Of a stretch of DNA of 48,548 nt, positions 36,174 to 45,608 are shown piece after piece; the stretch's first letter is position 1, and every line of letters begins with the position of its first letter. The stretch comes from a virus. Taxonomy: Duplodnaviria > Caudoviricetes. The notes under the pieces are model-generated. The model was not told where the DNA came from. It worked only from the letters and a program-made list of their open reading frames with translations, and did not search any database. Position numbers and translations under genes: made by a program. The stretch lies in the IMG/VR virus record IMGVR_UViG_3300037762_000204, positions 1 to 48,548 of that record; one strand, 5' to 3'.

Positions 36174-37744
36174 AGTCGTGCCTCCAGTAGGGCGCGGCCA
36201 AAGGCCGTTCGGTCGATCGTGGGGACAGGGTCTGGTGCGCCCAGCTCGGGTACGGCGGGCGGGGCTGGTGCTGGTGCGTCGTTGGCGACGCCGGTCATCA
36301 CCGCACGCAGGTAGTCGGCGAGGACCTGCCCGGCCGGTGGCGGCGGCTCCGGAACGTACACCACCAGCGGCTCCGGAGCCGCGGGTGCGGGCCGGTCCCG
36401 GGTCGGGGCGGCCGGTGCGTCGTTCGCGGCGGCCGTGAACAGGCTGCGCCAGTAGTCGACCGCGACCTGCCGCGGCTCCACGCCCGGCGCCACGTCGACC
36501 GGCGGCGGCACGTACACGGCCGCGGCCCGGACCGGGGGCGGCGCCGCTGGGGCGTCACCCGCTACACCGGCCATCAGCGACCGCATGTGCTCCGGCTGGT
36601 ATCCGGGCATCGGGTCGAGCGCCGCCACCGTGGCGGCCCGGAACGCGGCCGGGTCGAACGCCACGGCCACGGGCGCGGCGCCGACCTGGTCTTCCTCACC
36701 GCCGCCACCGTCGGCGAGGTGCGCCCGCAGGTGCGCCTCAACCGCGGCGCGCTGCGCCTCCGGAATGTCGGACTGCGGCAACCTGGCCAACGCGTTACGC
36801 ACCCCGGCCAGATTCGCAGCACCCGGGGTGCCGTCACCGTCGACCTCATGGTGCGGGAGCTTGCCCGCAGACTTGGGCAGCTCGCCGTTCTCGACCATGC
36901 TCTGGTCGTACCAGCCATACATCTTCTTCGCCGTGGCCACCGTCATCGGCGACGGCAGCCGCCGCTCCTGCACCGACCCGTCCCACGGCGAGTCGACAGT
37001 CGACGTGTGATGCATCGGCGACGCGGTGTCGACCGGGGGAAGCTCCGGGGCGGGCGCATCCTCACGACTGGCGTGCGCGTAGTTGTAGACCCTCAAGTCC
37101 CACGACGCGGCCAACGCCCGGTCCATGCCGGGCATGTCCTCATCCTCATCAGGCGGCATACGCATCGGCTTCGCGACCTCATCGGCCAGCCCGGCCGCGA
37201 CCGCCTCATCAGCGAAATACCAGGTCTCCGCCTTCATCTTCGACCGCCACTGCTTCACCGTGCCACCCGCGCGCTCTTGGTATACGGCGGCGATATTGTC
37301 ACTCTGGCGGTCGAGGAAGTCCGCCATTTCCCTCAGCTCTTCGGGGTTGCCCTGAGCGACCGTCGCGGCGTCATGAATCATTAGTTGTGAATGCGGACTC
37401 ATGATCACCCGGTCTCCGGCCATCGCAATGACGGAAGCGATCGACGCAGCGAGGGAATCAACCTGCACGATCACGCGGGCACGATGGGATCGGAGCGCGT
37501 TGTAACAGGCCAAGCCGTCGTAGATTTCGCCCCCGGGAGAACTGATGTACAGCCTGAGTTCGGGTGCGTCGATCGCCTTCAGTTCGTCCACGAACGAGGC
37601 AGCGGAAATTCCCCATGACCCGATGTCCCCATACAGGGAGATGGAGGCGACTGGCGAACCGCCTTCGTCGAGGCTGTTGCTGATGCGGTACCACTCTTCG
37701 CGCCCGTCGGGAGTGGGCACGGCAGGGCGCACGCTCTTAGGCAT
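36170..37744 (-). CDS. ClpP-type head maturation protease with a long C-terminal extension
   Basis: ISSPGG, DSLAASIASVIAMAGD, MIHDA, ETWYFADEAV..GLAD. Confidence 0.9.
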   Translation of the reverse strand: MPKSVRPAVPTPDGREEWYRISNSLDEGGSPVASISLYGDIGSWGISAASFVDELKAIDAPELRLYISSPGGEIYDGLACYNALRSHRARVIVQVDSLAASIASVIAMAGDRVIMSPHSQLMIHDAATVAQGNPEELREMADFLDRQSDNIAAVYQERAGGTVKQWRSKMKAETWYFADEAVAAGLADEVAKPMRMPPDEDEDMPGMDRALAASWDLRVYNYAHASREDAPAPELPPVDTASPMHHTSTVDSPWDGSVQERRLPSPMTVATAKKMYGWYDQSMVENGELPKSAGKLPHHEVDGDGTPGAANLAGVRNALARLPQSDIPEAQRAAVEAHLRAHLADGGGGEEDQVGAAPVAVAFDPAAFRAATVAALDPMPGYQPEHMRSLMAGVAGDAPAAPPPVRAAAVYVPPPVDVAPGVEPRQVAVDYWRSLFTAAANDAPAAPTRDRPAPAAPEPLVVYVPEPPPPAGQVLADYLRAVMTGVANDAPAPAPPAVPELGAPDPVPTIDRTAFGRALLEARL

Positions 37745-37768
37745 TGGCTACTCCCGTCCTTGGCTGAT

Positions 37769-39826
37769 CTATTCCCAGACCGCGACGATGGTTCCTCGGC
37801 AGCGGATGCCGCCTTCGCACTGCTGGTAGCCGCCAGTGCTGTATGCGGCGCGGGCGGCTGCGAGGTCTTCGAATTCGGTTCCGTCGATCGCTTTACATGG
37901 GCCGCAGGTGTTGCCGTCGAGCCGCTCTGTAGCCCTGTACGTGGCGACTGGTGCGGCTTCCAGCGTTGCGATGCGGCCGGTGTTCTGCGCCTGGTGCAGC
38001 CCGCCCGCCAGTTGGTCGCGGCGGAACCAGTTCTTCAGACCGCGTAGGAACCCGACGACCTGCTCGGCAACCTGGCGGCCTGCTGCGCCCGGTGTGAGGA
38101 GGCGCAGCGCCTCGCGCCCTGCGGATGCTGCGATGTCCGCGCCGAGGAACGCGGCCGTCGCCTTGGCGATCTCTACCAGCTCGGAGCCGAACGCGTTTCG
38201 CAGCCCGGCGTCGATCTTCGGTGGGCGTACTTTCACGCCCTGCTCGGCGGCCTCCGCGGCCATCTGCTCGGCCGCGGTGGTGGCCATGCCGCCCAGTGCC
38301 CGGCGCAGGACCCCGGCCGCGTCGTCGCTGTCGACTGTCAGCGACGCCAGTGCGGCCGGGTCTCCGTCGTCGACGGCCTGCTCTATCTGCTCGGCGAGCT
38401 CCGTGTACTGCGCTTCGGCGATCGGGTCCCAGTCGTCGAGCAACTGGGCGAGGGCGGCGGCGTGCTGTTCGCGGACTGTGTCGAGTTGCTCGTCGTCGTC
38501 TTCGCTGTTGTCGTCTTGGGCGCGCGGTGGCCGGACGCTGCGGGCTCGGGCCACGGGTGTGTGGTGGTGGATGTCCAGCCTGGCGGCCGGGGCGGGGCGG
38601 GCCGTGGGCGCGGCGGGCGTCGGCTGCTGCGCCGGGGCGGGAGCCCCGGCGTACTGCATCTCTGGCAGGTCCAGCGCCTCGGCCACCGATGCGGGGGCGA
38701 ACCCGGCGTCGATGAAGAGTTTCGCGGCATTGGCCTTCGCAGTGAGCTCAGCATTCCGTGCCTCAGCGTCCGCCGGGACCGGGTCGGCGTAGTCGAACTC
38801 CAGCATCCGGGCCGCATCCGGCCCGTACAGGGGAAGGAGATCGTTGTTGAGCGCGCCCTTGAAGCGCTCCAGCCTGGGAATCGTAAGCTGCTCCGCGAAC
38901 AGGACCTTGGATGCTTCAGCCGTGGCACGGTTGACGTCGCCGACCTCACCCAGCACGAACGCCGGTGCGCCGAACGCCTCGCGGATCACATCGCGCGACA
39001 CGCTGCGGAGCTCCGCGAACTGCATGTCCCTCTGGGTGAGCTTGCGGTCCTTCCATACGCCGTGCTCCAAGAACGCGACGCGGAAGGCGTTGCTGACGCC
39101 CTGGTGCTGCTCGGCCCACCGGGCCTGCAGCTGGTCCCATTCGGGGTCGGAGAGGACGTTGGGGAGTTCGATGATCCCGCCGGGCTCCGCGCTGTTGAGG
39201 AAGAAGTTCCGGTTCCACTCCGCGCTGTACTTGGTGGCGTCCAGCTCAGTCATGATCGACTGCACGGGGCCCATACCCCGATACGGGTCCAGCGGATTCG
39301 GCATCCGGATCTGGATGACGTCCTCGACCCGCAGGGGGATCTGCTCACCGGCCGGGCCGGTGTACAGGTAGCCGGAGATGAAGTCGACCGGGTGCGGCAC
39401 GGGCTGGATACGGTCCGGGCGGACGGGCCACAGTTCCAGCGGCAGGGGCGATCGGGGGTTGCGGGCGATGACCAGCCAGCCCTCGCCGGTCAGGTCGACG
39501 TGCTGCTGCACGGTCTCGACGAGCTCTTGCCGGGTCATGAACGGGTTCGGCCGCTGCCACAGGTCCAGTGCCGCGTGGGCCGTGACCTCGACCCGGTCTT
39601 CCGGCCGGCCGGAACGGGCCTTGCGGTACAGCTTCCAGTCGACCAGCGCGGTCGCATTCGAGGTGCGGTTGACGATCGCGAAGAGCGTACCGACCGTGCC
39701 CATGGCGCGCATCTGCGCCTCAGCACCAGTCAAGTGCCGCCACGGGAACGAGAGGTTCCGGCCGGACACGTACGGCACCGGCGTCCGGTTGACCAGGGAG
39801 CCGATGGCGCGCAGCGGGGACCTCAC
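37769..39826 (-). CDS. Portal protein fused to a MuF-like minor head domain
   Basis: PNPFMT, LTGEG, NPLDPYRGMGP, FFLNSAEPGG; C-terminal DGNTCGPC...CEGGIRCRG. Confidence 0.9.
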   Translation of the reverse strand: MRSPLRAIGSLVNRTPVPYVSGRNLSFPWRHLTGAEAQMRAMGTVGTLFAIVNRTSNATALVDWKLYRKARSGRPEDRVEVTAHAALDLWQRPNPFMTRQELVETVQQHVDLTGEGWLVIARNPRSPLPLELWPVRPDRIQPVPHPVDFISGYLYTGPAGEQIPLRVEDVIQIRMPNPLDPYRGMGPVQSIMTELDATKYSAEWNRNFFLNSAEPGGIIELPNVLSDPEWDQLQARWAEQHQGVSNAFRVAFLEHGVWKDRKLTQRDMQFAELRSVSRDVIREAFGAPAFVLGEVGDVNRATAEASKVLFAEQLTIPRLERFKGALNNDLLPLYGPDAARMLEFDYADPVPADAEARNAELTAKANAAKLFIDAGFAPASVAEALDLPEMQYAGAPAPAQQPTPAAPTARPAPAARLDIHHHTPVARARSVRPPRAQDDNSEDDDEQLDTVREQHAAALAQLLDDWDPIAEAQYTELAEQIEQAVDDGDPAALASLTVDSDDAAGVLRRALGGMATTAAEQMAAEAAEQGVKVRPPKIDAGLRNAFGSELVEIAKATAAFLGADIAASAGREALRLLTPGAAGRQVAEQVVGFLRGLKNWFRRDQLAGGLHQAQNTGRIATLEAAPVATYRATERLDGNTCGPCKAIDGTEFEDLAAARAAYSTGGYQQCEGGIRCRGTIVAVWE

Positions 39827-40002
39827 CCGTCATCACCGCCGAGGAACTCCAGCACCAGACACGACACCCCGCCCACAGCCAGGCCAGCCGCCGTGCCCCA
39901 CGCGGTCCATGCCGAGGCGGTCAGCGACCCGAACCCTGCGACGGTGAGGACGCTGGTGCGGGCCTGCGCCCAGAGGGGGATGAGCTTGCGGAGCCTGCTC
40001 AC
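39823..40002 (-). CDS. Small two-TM protein between terminase and portal
   Basis: GAGGAGG RBS, hydrophobic 59 aa. Confidence 0.65.
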   Translation of the reverse strand: MSRLRKLIPLWAQARTSVLTVAGFGSLTASAWTAWGTAAGLAVGGVSCLVLEFLGGDDG

Positions 40003-40013
40003 GCGGCGCCTCC

Positions 40014-41515
40014 TCAAAGCCAGCGGACGCGTGTCCGACCTGCGCTGAAATACGCTAAAAGCAATGCGTCCGCATTGTCCGGGCTGCGGCCGAGCCGCTT
40101 GATCACTTCGTCTTTCTTCTCCACCCGGATACGGCCCTGCGGGTCCGCGTCCCAGCGCGGTTCCAGCAGCTGCGCGAGGGTGACGTCCGCGTTGTCCATG
40201 GAGGACAGGTCCCAGCCGTGGCGTTCGGACAGGCCGCGGCCGATCTCCCACCAGATCTCGGCGCGGAGGTTGGCGAACTTGTCCGGACGGGACGCTTTCT
40301 CGCTGACGTTCACGGCGCGGATGTGCGCCTTGTGCTCGCCGCGGGAGGCCGAGTTGCGGAGTTCGCCGATCACACCGAACCCGACGCCGATGCTGTCGAC
40401 CTTGACCGCGGTCGCACCGGTCTCCCGGATGGCCGCGAGGACCATGGGGGCGATCGTCTCCGGCCGGTCCGTGTGCGCCCGCCACTCCCTGCCGGCCCGG
40501 GCGCCGCGGCGTTCGCGGATCACGGTCTCATCGCCGCCGCCGCCGACGTCGACGCCGAGCTCTACCGGTTCCAGGTCGGCGAGCGCTGTCCGGGTCTCGG
40601 GGTTGATGCGGCAGGCGGCGATGTCGGATGCGCGGACGATCTGGTTCGGGGAGTCTTCGGAGAACTCGCCGAGGACTTTCGAGCGGTAGAGGGGGTTGTC
40701 CTCGCCCCACTCGCGTGCCTTCTCCTCCACCCACTCGCGGCCGACCAGGGCCAGCGCCACCTCGGGCGGCACTTCCTCACCGGTGAGGTTCGGGGAGTCG
40801 AATGCGGAGATGCTGAGCGTGTGCCAACCAGAGCCCGGGGCGCACACGCGCCTGAAAGCCGAGGCCGCGTTGTCCGGGTTGCCGATAGCGAGCAGGCGGC
40901 AGTCGGCGTTGGTGGTCAGCGCATCGGCGGCCACCCACAGCTGCTCAGGCACGCCGCACGCCTCGTCGACGATGACCAGCACGTACCGGGCATGGATGCC
41001 CTGGAACGCGGATTCGTCATGATCAGCTGGCTTCCTGCCGAACGCAACCATCTCGTCGTCGATGTGCCACTCGGTCTGGTTCACCCGGCCGGCGAGCTGT
41101 CCGGCCTTGTGGTTGCGGCGGATGTAGCGCCACAGGATCGCCCGGACCTGCGCGTACGTCGGGGCGGTGGTGACTACGAAGGCTTCGCCGGGCGGGTGGG
41201 TGTCGAGCCACCAGCATGCTGCCAGCGAAGCCGTATGGCTTTTCCCACGCCGTGCCCGGAGCGCACCGCGGTACGCCTGTGGTCCCGCACGCTGTTGAGG
41301 ATGTCGCCCTGCTTGGACCACACCGTCTGGCCGAGGCGCTCCCGCACCCAGCGGACCGGGTCGTCGGCGTAGCGGGCGGCGCGGGCGGTGAGGTTCTGGC
41401 GGTCGATCGCGCTCTTCAGTTGGTCGCGGATTCCGCGGAGCCCGGTGGTGTCGCCGGCGCGTACGAGCTGGCTGATCTCGTGGCGGATGCGGTCAATCTC
41501 CGGCGCTGTCGGCAC
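40014..41515 (-). CDS. terL: Terminase large subunit, split by a -1 frameshift at 41240-41246
   Basis: Frame 1 reads ...SGHGVGK and the -1 frame continues SHTA..., then IVDEACG, IGNP, LGVDVG and SPDNADALLLA. The joined product is about 500 aa. Confidence 0.9.
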
Positions 41516-42005
41516 CGTTGCCTCCCTGGCTGATGCTGCCTAGGAGGTTGCTGATCTCGGCGCCGAGCTTCTCAGCGTCCACGGACACACGGGACGGGGC
41601 GTCCAGTCCGAAGAGCTTGCGGTAGCTCTCCCGGAGTCCGCGGAGCTCGCGGATCGCGGCGATCTTCGGCCCGTCGTCGAGGAGTGGTTCGCCGTCGTCG
41701 TCGCAGACGATTCTGCCGTGGGAGACCATCACATGGTCCCGCTCCAGTACTTCCAGTGCCGCGGTGTACAGCTCGTCGAGCTGTTCGGCCTCGACCCGGA
41801 TCAGTGCTTCGGTGGGTGCTTGGAGGATGGTTTTGCGGGCGCGTTGGACGCCGCGCCATGCTTCGCCTTTGTCTGCGTAGCCGAGCTGGTCGGCGATCTG
41901 CCGGAAGCCCAGTCCTTGGGCGCGGAGGGTGACGGCTTCGGCGTCGCGGTGGGTGGCTTCGAGGGTGTAGGCGAAGCGTCCGCCGGGTTCGCGGGGCTGG
42001 TCCAT
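41493..42005 (-). CDS. Terminase small subunit-like HTH protein
   Basis: RDAEAVTLRAQGLGFRQIADQLGY...RKLFGLDAP; directly upstream of terL. Confidence 0.75.
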   Translation of the reverse strand: MDQPREPGGRFAYTLEATHRDAEAVTLRAQGLGFRQIADQLGYADKGEAWRGVQRARKTILQAPTEALIRVEAEQLDELYTAALEVLERDHVMVSHGRIVCDDDGEPLLDDGPKIAAIRELRGLRESYRKLFGLDAPSRVSVDAEKLGAEISNLLGSISQGGNGADSAGD

Positions 42006-42174
42006 GAGGGTTCCTCCCCGTGTGGCGGGCCGCCCGGCGGTATTGGCCGGGCGGCCTTTCCTGCCCACCCCACTCACCGCCGCGAGTGGTCTTGTGACGC
42101 AGCGCGGCCCCTGCCCGGGTGAGGGGCGGGGGCCGTGTGGTCGGATTTTGGGCGCACTAAGTGGACGCGGCATC

Positions 42175-42204
42175 AGGATGGGGTATGACAGGACATTAGG
42201 TCAA
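42175..42204 (-). promoter_or_regulatory. Candidate late promoter
   Basis: TTGACC-N18-CATCCT, about 170 nt upstream of terS. Confidence 0.55.
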
Positions 42205-42209
42205 GCGGG

Positions 42210-42323
42210 TCAGGGCTTCTCCGGCTCGGGCTGGGTGGGCTTGGTCCATCCTCCGGTGCTGGCCGCGTACTGGCGGGAGTGCTGCGGCTCGTCCTCGGCG
42301 CGCTGCTCGTCGCGGATGGGCAT
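42210..42323 (-). CDS. 37-aa peptide
   Basis: MPIRDEQRAEDEPQHSRQYAASTGGWTKP...; AAGGA RBS. Confidence 0.45.
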   Translation of the reverse strand: MPIRDEQRAEDEPQHSRQYAASTGGWTKPTQPEPEKP

Positions 42324-42381
42324 GTCCTTGGGAAGGGGCACGGTGCTGCTCCTGTCTCGGTTGATCGGGATGGGCGCCTGG

Positions 42382-42450
42382 TCTACAAGCGCTCTACGGC
42401 CCTTCTACAGCGGCCGGTTGCTGGTCTACATCGCAGGTCACGGGCTCTAC
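42382..42450. repeat. Helically phased TCTAC repeats
   Basis: TCTAC at 42382, 42393, 42404, 42425 and 42446 (spacings 11, 11, 21, 21). Confidence 0.75.
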
Positions 42451-43056
42451 GCACCCCGGAAGGGGCCCGCTGCCGTCTAGGGGAGGGGCGAGGCCGTCGA
42501 GGTGGATGCCGGACCGGCCGCCGCGGTCGCCGGAGCGCACCTGCGGGCGGACGGGTATCCGGTAGTGGTCGAGGGCTGCGCGCAGTTCACGGTCCGCGAG
42601 GTGCGCCAGTGCGGGGCGTTCCCGGAGCCGGTCGTACAGCTCGGCGAGGTGCAGGCCGAGCCGGTCGCCCATCATCTGCTCGATGGACACCACCAGGATG
42701 CGGCGCCGCTCTTCACACGACGGTTCGACGACCGGGCCTGGTGCGCCGGCCCGCCATGCGGCGACGCACCAGGCGATGCTGGACGGGGCGAGGAGGTACG
42801 GCGCCTGCTCGGCTACGCGCCATCCGAGCCACCCGGCCGCGCCGATACCGGCGATCCGCCACAGCGCGGAACGCCAGCCTCCGGCGCTGATGTAGTGGAG
42901 GCCGCGGTCCCGCAGTGCGGTCGTGCCGCGGCATAGCCGGTCCGCGTGCGGGGCGAGGGTGTGCTGGTGGTGCCAGCAGCCGCATGGCGCGGGGGCCACG
43001 CGTAGGGCGGCGAGTGCTTCGGTGAGGTCTTGGGTGTCCGCGTCCGGGTCGTGCAC
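42394..43056 (-). CDS. Membrane protein with a C-terminal wHTH-like domain
   Basis: Two hydrophobic segments, then LHLAELYDRL...ELRAALDHYRIPVRPQVR...SGIHLDGL. Confidence 0.65.
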   Translation of the reverse strand: MHDPDADTQDLTEALAALRVAPAPCGCWHHQHTLAPHADRLCRGTTALRDRGLHYISAGGWRSALWRIAGIGAAGWLGWRVAEQAPYLLAPSSIAWCVAAWRAGAPGPVVEPSCEERRRILVVSIEQMMGDRLGLHLAELYDRLRERPALAHLADRELRAALDHYRIPVRPQVRSGDRGGRSGIHLDGLAPPLDGSGPLPGCVEPVTCDVDQQPAAVEGP

Positions 43057-43059
43057 GGT

Positions 43060-43320
43060 TTAGACGCCGCTGGCGAGGCTGACGATCATGCCGCCCAGGC
43101 TGCCGAGCATCTGCGAGACCATGCTGCCGATCATGGTGCCGGATGCCATGAGACCGAAGCAGATACCCAGCATGAGCGGCGCTGGCCTGGCCTTCTTGTG
43201 TTTGATCACGTACCAGACACCGAAGCCGAGGAGGACGAGGACGAGGACGGACATGGGGACGGAGCCGCCGATAGTGGACGGTACAGCCGGGGCGGTGGGG
43301 ACAGCGAGCGTGATGGGCAT
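43060..43320 (-). CDS. Small membrane protein
   Basis: MPITLAVP...VLVLVLLGFGVWY..KHKK...GICFG; GAGGA RBS. Confidence 0.65.
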   Translation of the reverse strand: MPITLAVPTAPAVPSTIGGSVPMSVLVLVLLGFGVWYVIKHKKARPAPLMLGICFGLMASGTMIGSMVSQMLGSLGGMIVSLASGV

Positions 43321-43330
43321 CGGTGGTTCC

Positions 43331-43495
43331 TCAGTACGAGAAGTAGACGAGCGCGGCGATGAGAGTGAGTCCGGCGAGTAGGACGCGGGCGCCGGTCTGG
43401 TGGGCGGCCGAGCCGCGCGGGAGGACACGGAGCAGCAGGGCGAGGGGCAGCCCGATGAGCAGGGCCCAGTAGCCGATGCCGTGGTAGCTGATCAA
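43331..43495 (-). CDS. Small two-TM protein
   Basis: TTG start coupled to the upstream stop; YWALLIGLPLALLL... Confidence 0.55.
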   Translation of the reverse strand: MISYHGIGYWALLIGLPLALLLRVLPRGSAAHQTGARVLLAGLTLIAALVYFSY

Positions 43496-43677
43496 GAGGG
43501 TGTTCCTTGGAAGAGGACGGCCACGTACAGCCCGGCGACGGTGATGAGGGCGACGGTGCGCACCGCGGGGAGCAGGTATTGGCTGAGGGCGCCGCTGGGT
43601 TCGCGGCGGGAGCAGGCCATGAGACCGAGTGCGCCGAGGATGGCGAGTGTCGGCCAGAGCCATATGAAGGCGATCAC
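43492..43677 (-). CDS. Small two-TM protein
   Basis: MIAFIWLWPTLAILG...; AGGAG RBS, coupled. Confidence 0.6.
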   Translation of the reverse strand: MIAFIWLWPTLAILGALGLMACSRREPSGALSQYLLPAVRTVALITVAGLYVAVLFQGTPS

Positions 43678-43850
43678 CGGGTCTCCTGCGGGTTGATGGG
43701 GTCGCTGGTGCCGGTGGGTCCGTAGAGGCGGTGCCACCAGTCGGGTGGTGGCGGTACGGGTAGCCACGGCTCGGCGCGGGTGTAGCCGGCCGGGAGATCG
43801 TGCGGCAGCGGCGGGAGTGCAGTGCCCGCCACGGGCTGCTGGCCGGTCAC
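43674..43850 (-). CDS. Pro-rich small protein
   Basis: GTGA coupling; PPPPDWWHRLY. Confidence 0.5.
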   Translation of the reverse strand: MTGQQPVAGTALPPLPHDLPAGYTRAEPWLPVPPPPDWWHRLYGPTGTSDPINPQETR

Positions 43851-44395
43851 TGGGTGTCGCCTGCGTCGGCGATGGCGCACAACTGGCCGGCGAGGAACCG
43901 TAGCTGCTGCGCCTGGATGGGGTCGCATGCGCCAAGGTGCGCCAGGAGGCTGGTGGCGCGCGCCATGGTGGCGCGGATGGTTGCGTGGGTGTCGCGTGTC
44001 TGGCGCGGGTGGTGGCGCATCGTGTCGGGGTTGATGGCGCGTAGGGCTTCGATGGCGCGGATGGCGCTTGGGTGTGCGCCGGGTAGGGCGAGCTGTTGTG
44101 CCGCGGGGGGCGCATCGGGTTGCGCCGGGTGCGCCGCAGGTGGCGGGGCTGGCGCATGATCCGGGGCGGTGGGCGCTGGGGGTGGCGCATCGGCTGGCGC
44201 GTCACCGTGCGCCGGGTCGTGGCGCAGTGCGCCAGTGTCGGGTGCGCCGCCGTGCGCCAGTTGCGCCAGGTCGCGGCGCACGGTGTCTTTGCCGACGCCG
44301 AGTTGGGCTGCGATGGCGCGGTGGCTCATGCCGCGCTGCGCCAGCTGGCGCACGGAGGCGCGGCGCATGGAGCGGTCTGGCGCAAAAGTAGTCAT
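43847..44395 (-). CDS. HTH DNA-binding protein
   Basis: VRQLAQRGMSHRAIAAQLGVGKDTVRRDL. Confidence 0.8.
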   Translation of the reverse strand: MTTFAPDRSMRRASVRQLAQRGMSHRAIAAQLGVGKDTVRRDLAQLAHGGAPDTGALRHDPAHGDAPADAPPPAPTAPDHAPAPPPAAHPAQPDAPPAAQQLALPGAHPSAIRAIEALRAINPDTMRHHPRQTRDTHATIRATMARATSLLAHLGACDPIQAQQLRFLAGQLCAIADAGDTQ

Positions 44396-44532
44396 CGGCG
44401 GCGGGCCTTCCAGGCGAGTGCGGCGACCGCGCCGCAGAGGATCGCGGCGAGTGGTTGGTGGGTGGTGGCGGCGAGGACGGCGAGTGCAGGGAATCCCCAC
44501 CGGGCGAGCGGACTGTTCAGGATGCGGCGCAC
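44392..44532 (-). CDS. 46-aa membrane peptide
   Basis: MRRILNSPLARWGFPALAVLAA...; GGGAG RBS. Confidence 0.55.
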   Translation of the reverse strand: MRRILNSPLARWGFPALAVLAATTHQPLAAILCGAVAALAWKARRR

Positions 44533-44603
44533 GGTGTGCTCCCGGGGGTTGGGGTGGCCGGGCCCGCGGGTGGCGGGCCCGGCCGGTTGGGTCAGGGTGT
44601 GTC

Positions 44604-45444
44604 TTAGGTCTGGCGGGCGCATTGCTGGTACAGCGGCAGCGAGCCGCGGGATGGATGCTCCGGGTTGGCTGCGATTTCGGCGGCGCGTGCGGCCATGCCG
44701 TCGGCGCGGTGCTGTTCTTCGGCTGCGAAGGCCGGCGCCGGCCATCCGGTCACTGGGTGCCGCCTTCGCGTGGCGCCCAGAAGCCGCCTTCGGCTTCGAT
44801 GCGTGCGGCGATCTCCCGGGCGGCGTCCGCGTCGGCGCGGACCTCGCCGCGGTCGATCTGGCCTTGTACGCGCTCGGCGTCGGTGGTGGGCGGGATGTGG
44901 GTGCGTCCGGGTTCGCCGAGGCTGGGGTGTCGGCTCATCGACCGCTCCGCTCGTCGGCCTGCAGGTTGCCGTCGTCTCGGTGGTTCTGCGCCTGTCGGAG
45001 GGCTTCGGCTGCGGCGTAGGCGTCGGCGTCTTCGGCGTGCATGGCGGCGACGCGTTCGGCTTCGGTGGGCTGTCCGTCAGTCATTGCTGTCTCCTGTCGG
45101 CTGGTCCCAGAGCTGGTCCCTCTCGTCGGCCCACTGCTGGTCGAGGCGGGTCCGGGTAGCGGCTGCGGACTCGTAGTCGGCGCGGCAGTGGTCGAGGGTT
45201 GTGGGCTCGACGGGCTCGGGCTCGGGCTGCTGGGTCATCGCTGGCCGCCGTCGGTGAGCTCGGCGGCCTGGGTGCGGTTGTGGGCGGCGCGTCCGGCGTA
45301 GTCGGCGGCGCGGGCGGTGTCGCCGTTGTCGCCTGCTTCGCGGGCGGCATCTGCGTAGAGGGCGGCGGCCAGGCGGTGGTGCGCGGCGAGGTCTTCACGC
45401 AGCGCGGCACTAGGCGGCGGTGTGGGTGCGTCGTTACGATCCAC
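44604..45444 (-). other. Chain of five translationally coupled micro-ORFs (44604-44753, 44750-44938, 44935-45084, 45077-45238, 45235-45444)
   Basis: Each is 49-69 aa and Ala/Asp/Arg-rich, with overlapping start/stop codons and RBS-like motifs. Confidence 0.55.
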
Positions 45445-45549
45445 GTGGTCATCTCCTGGTAGTGCAGTGGATGGCTGGCCCCGGCCGGAGCTCGAACTCC
45501 GACCGGGGCCGTTCCATTGGCGACGACGGAGCTGCTTCCTCCATCGCCT

Positions 45550-45569
45550 TGTTCAGAGTACTCTGAACA
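45550..45569. promoter_or_regulatory. Perfect 20-bp palindrome containing back-to-back -10 boxes
   Basis: TGTTCAGAGTACTCTGAACA; TACTCT is present on both strands between divergent genes. Confidence 0.75.
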
Positions 45570-45608
45570 CGCAACGATGGAAAGGCGCTCCACAGAGAGG
45601 GAGCTGCC

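Noticed and set aside
40014-41515. Intein in the terminase
   Set aside because: The joined protein is about 500 aa with contiguous motifs and no splice-junction insert.
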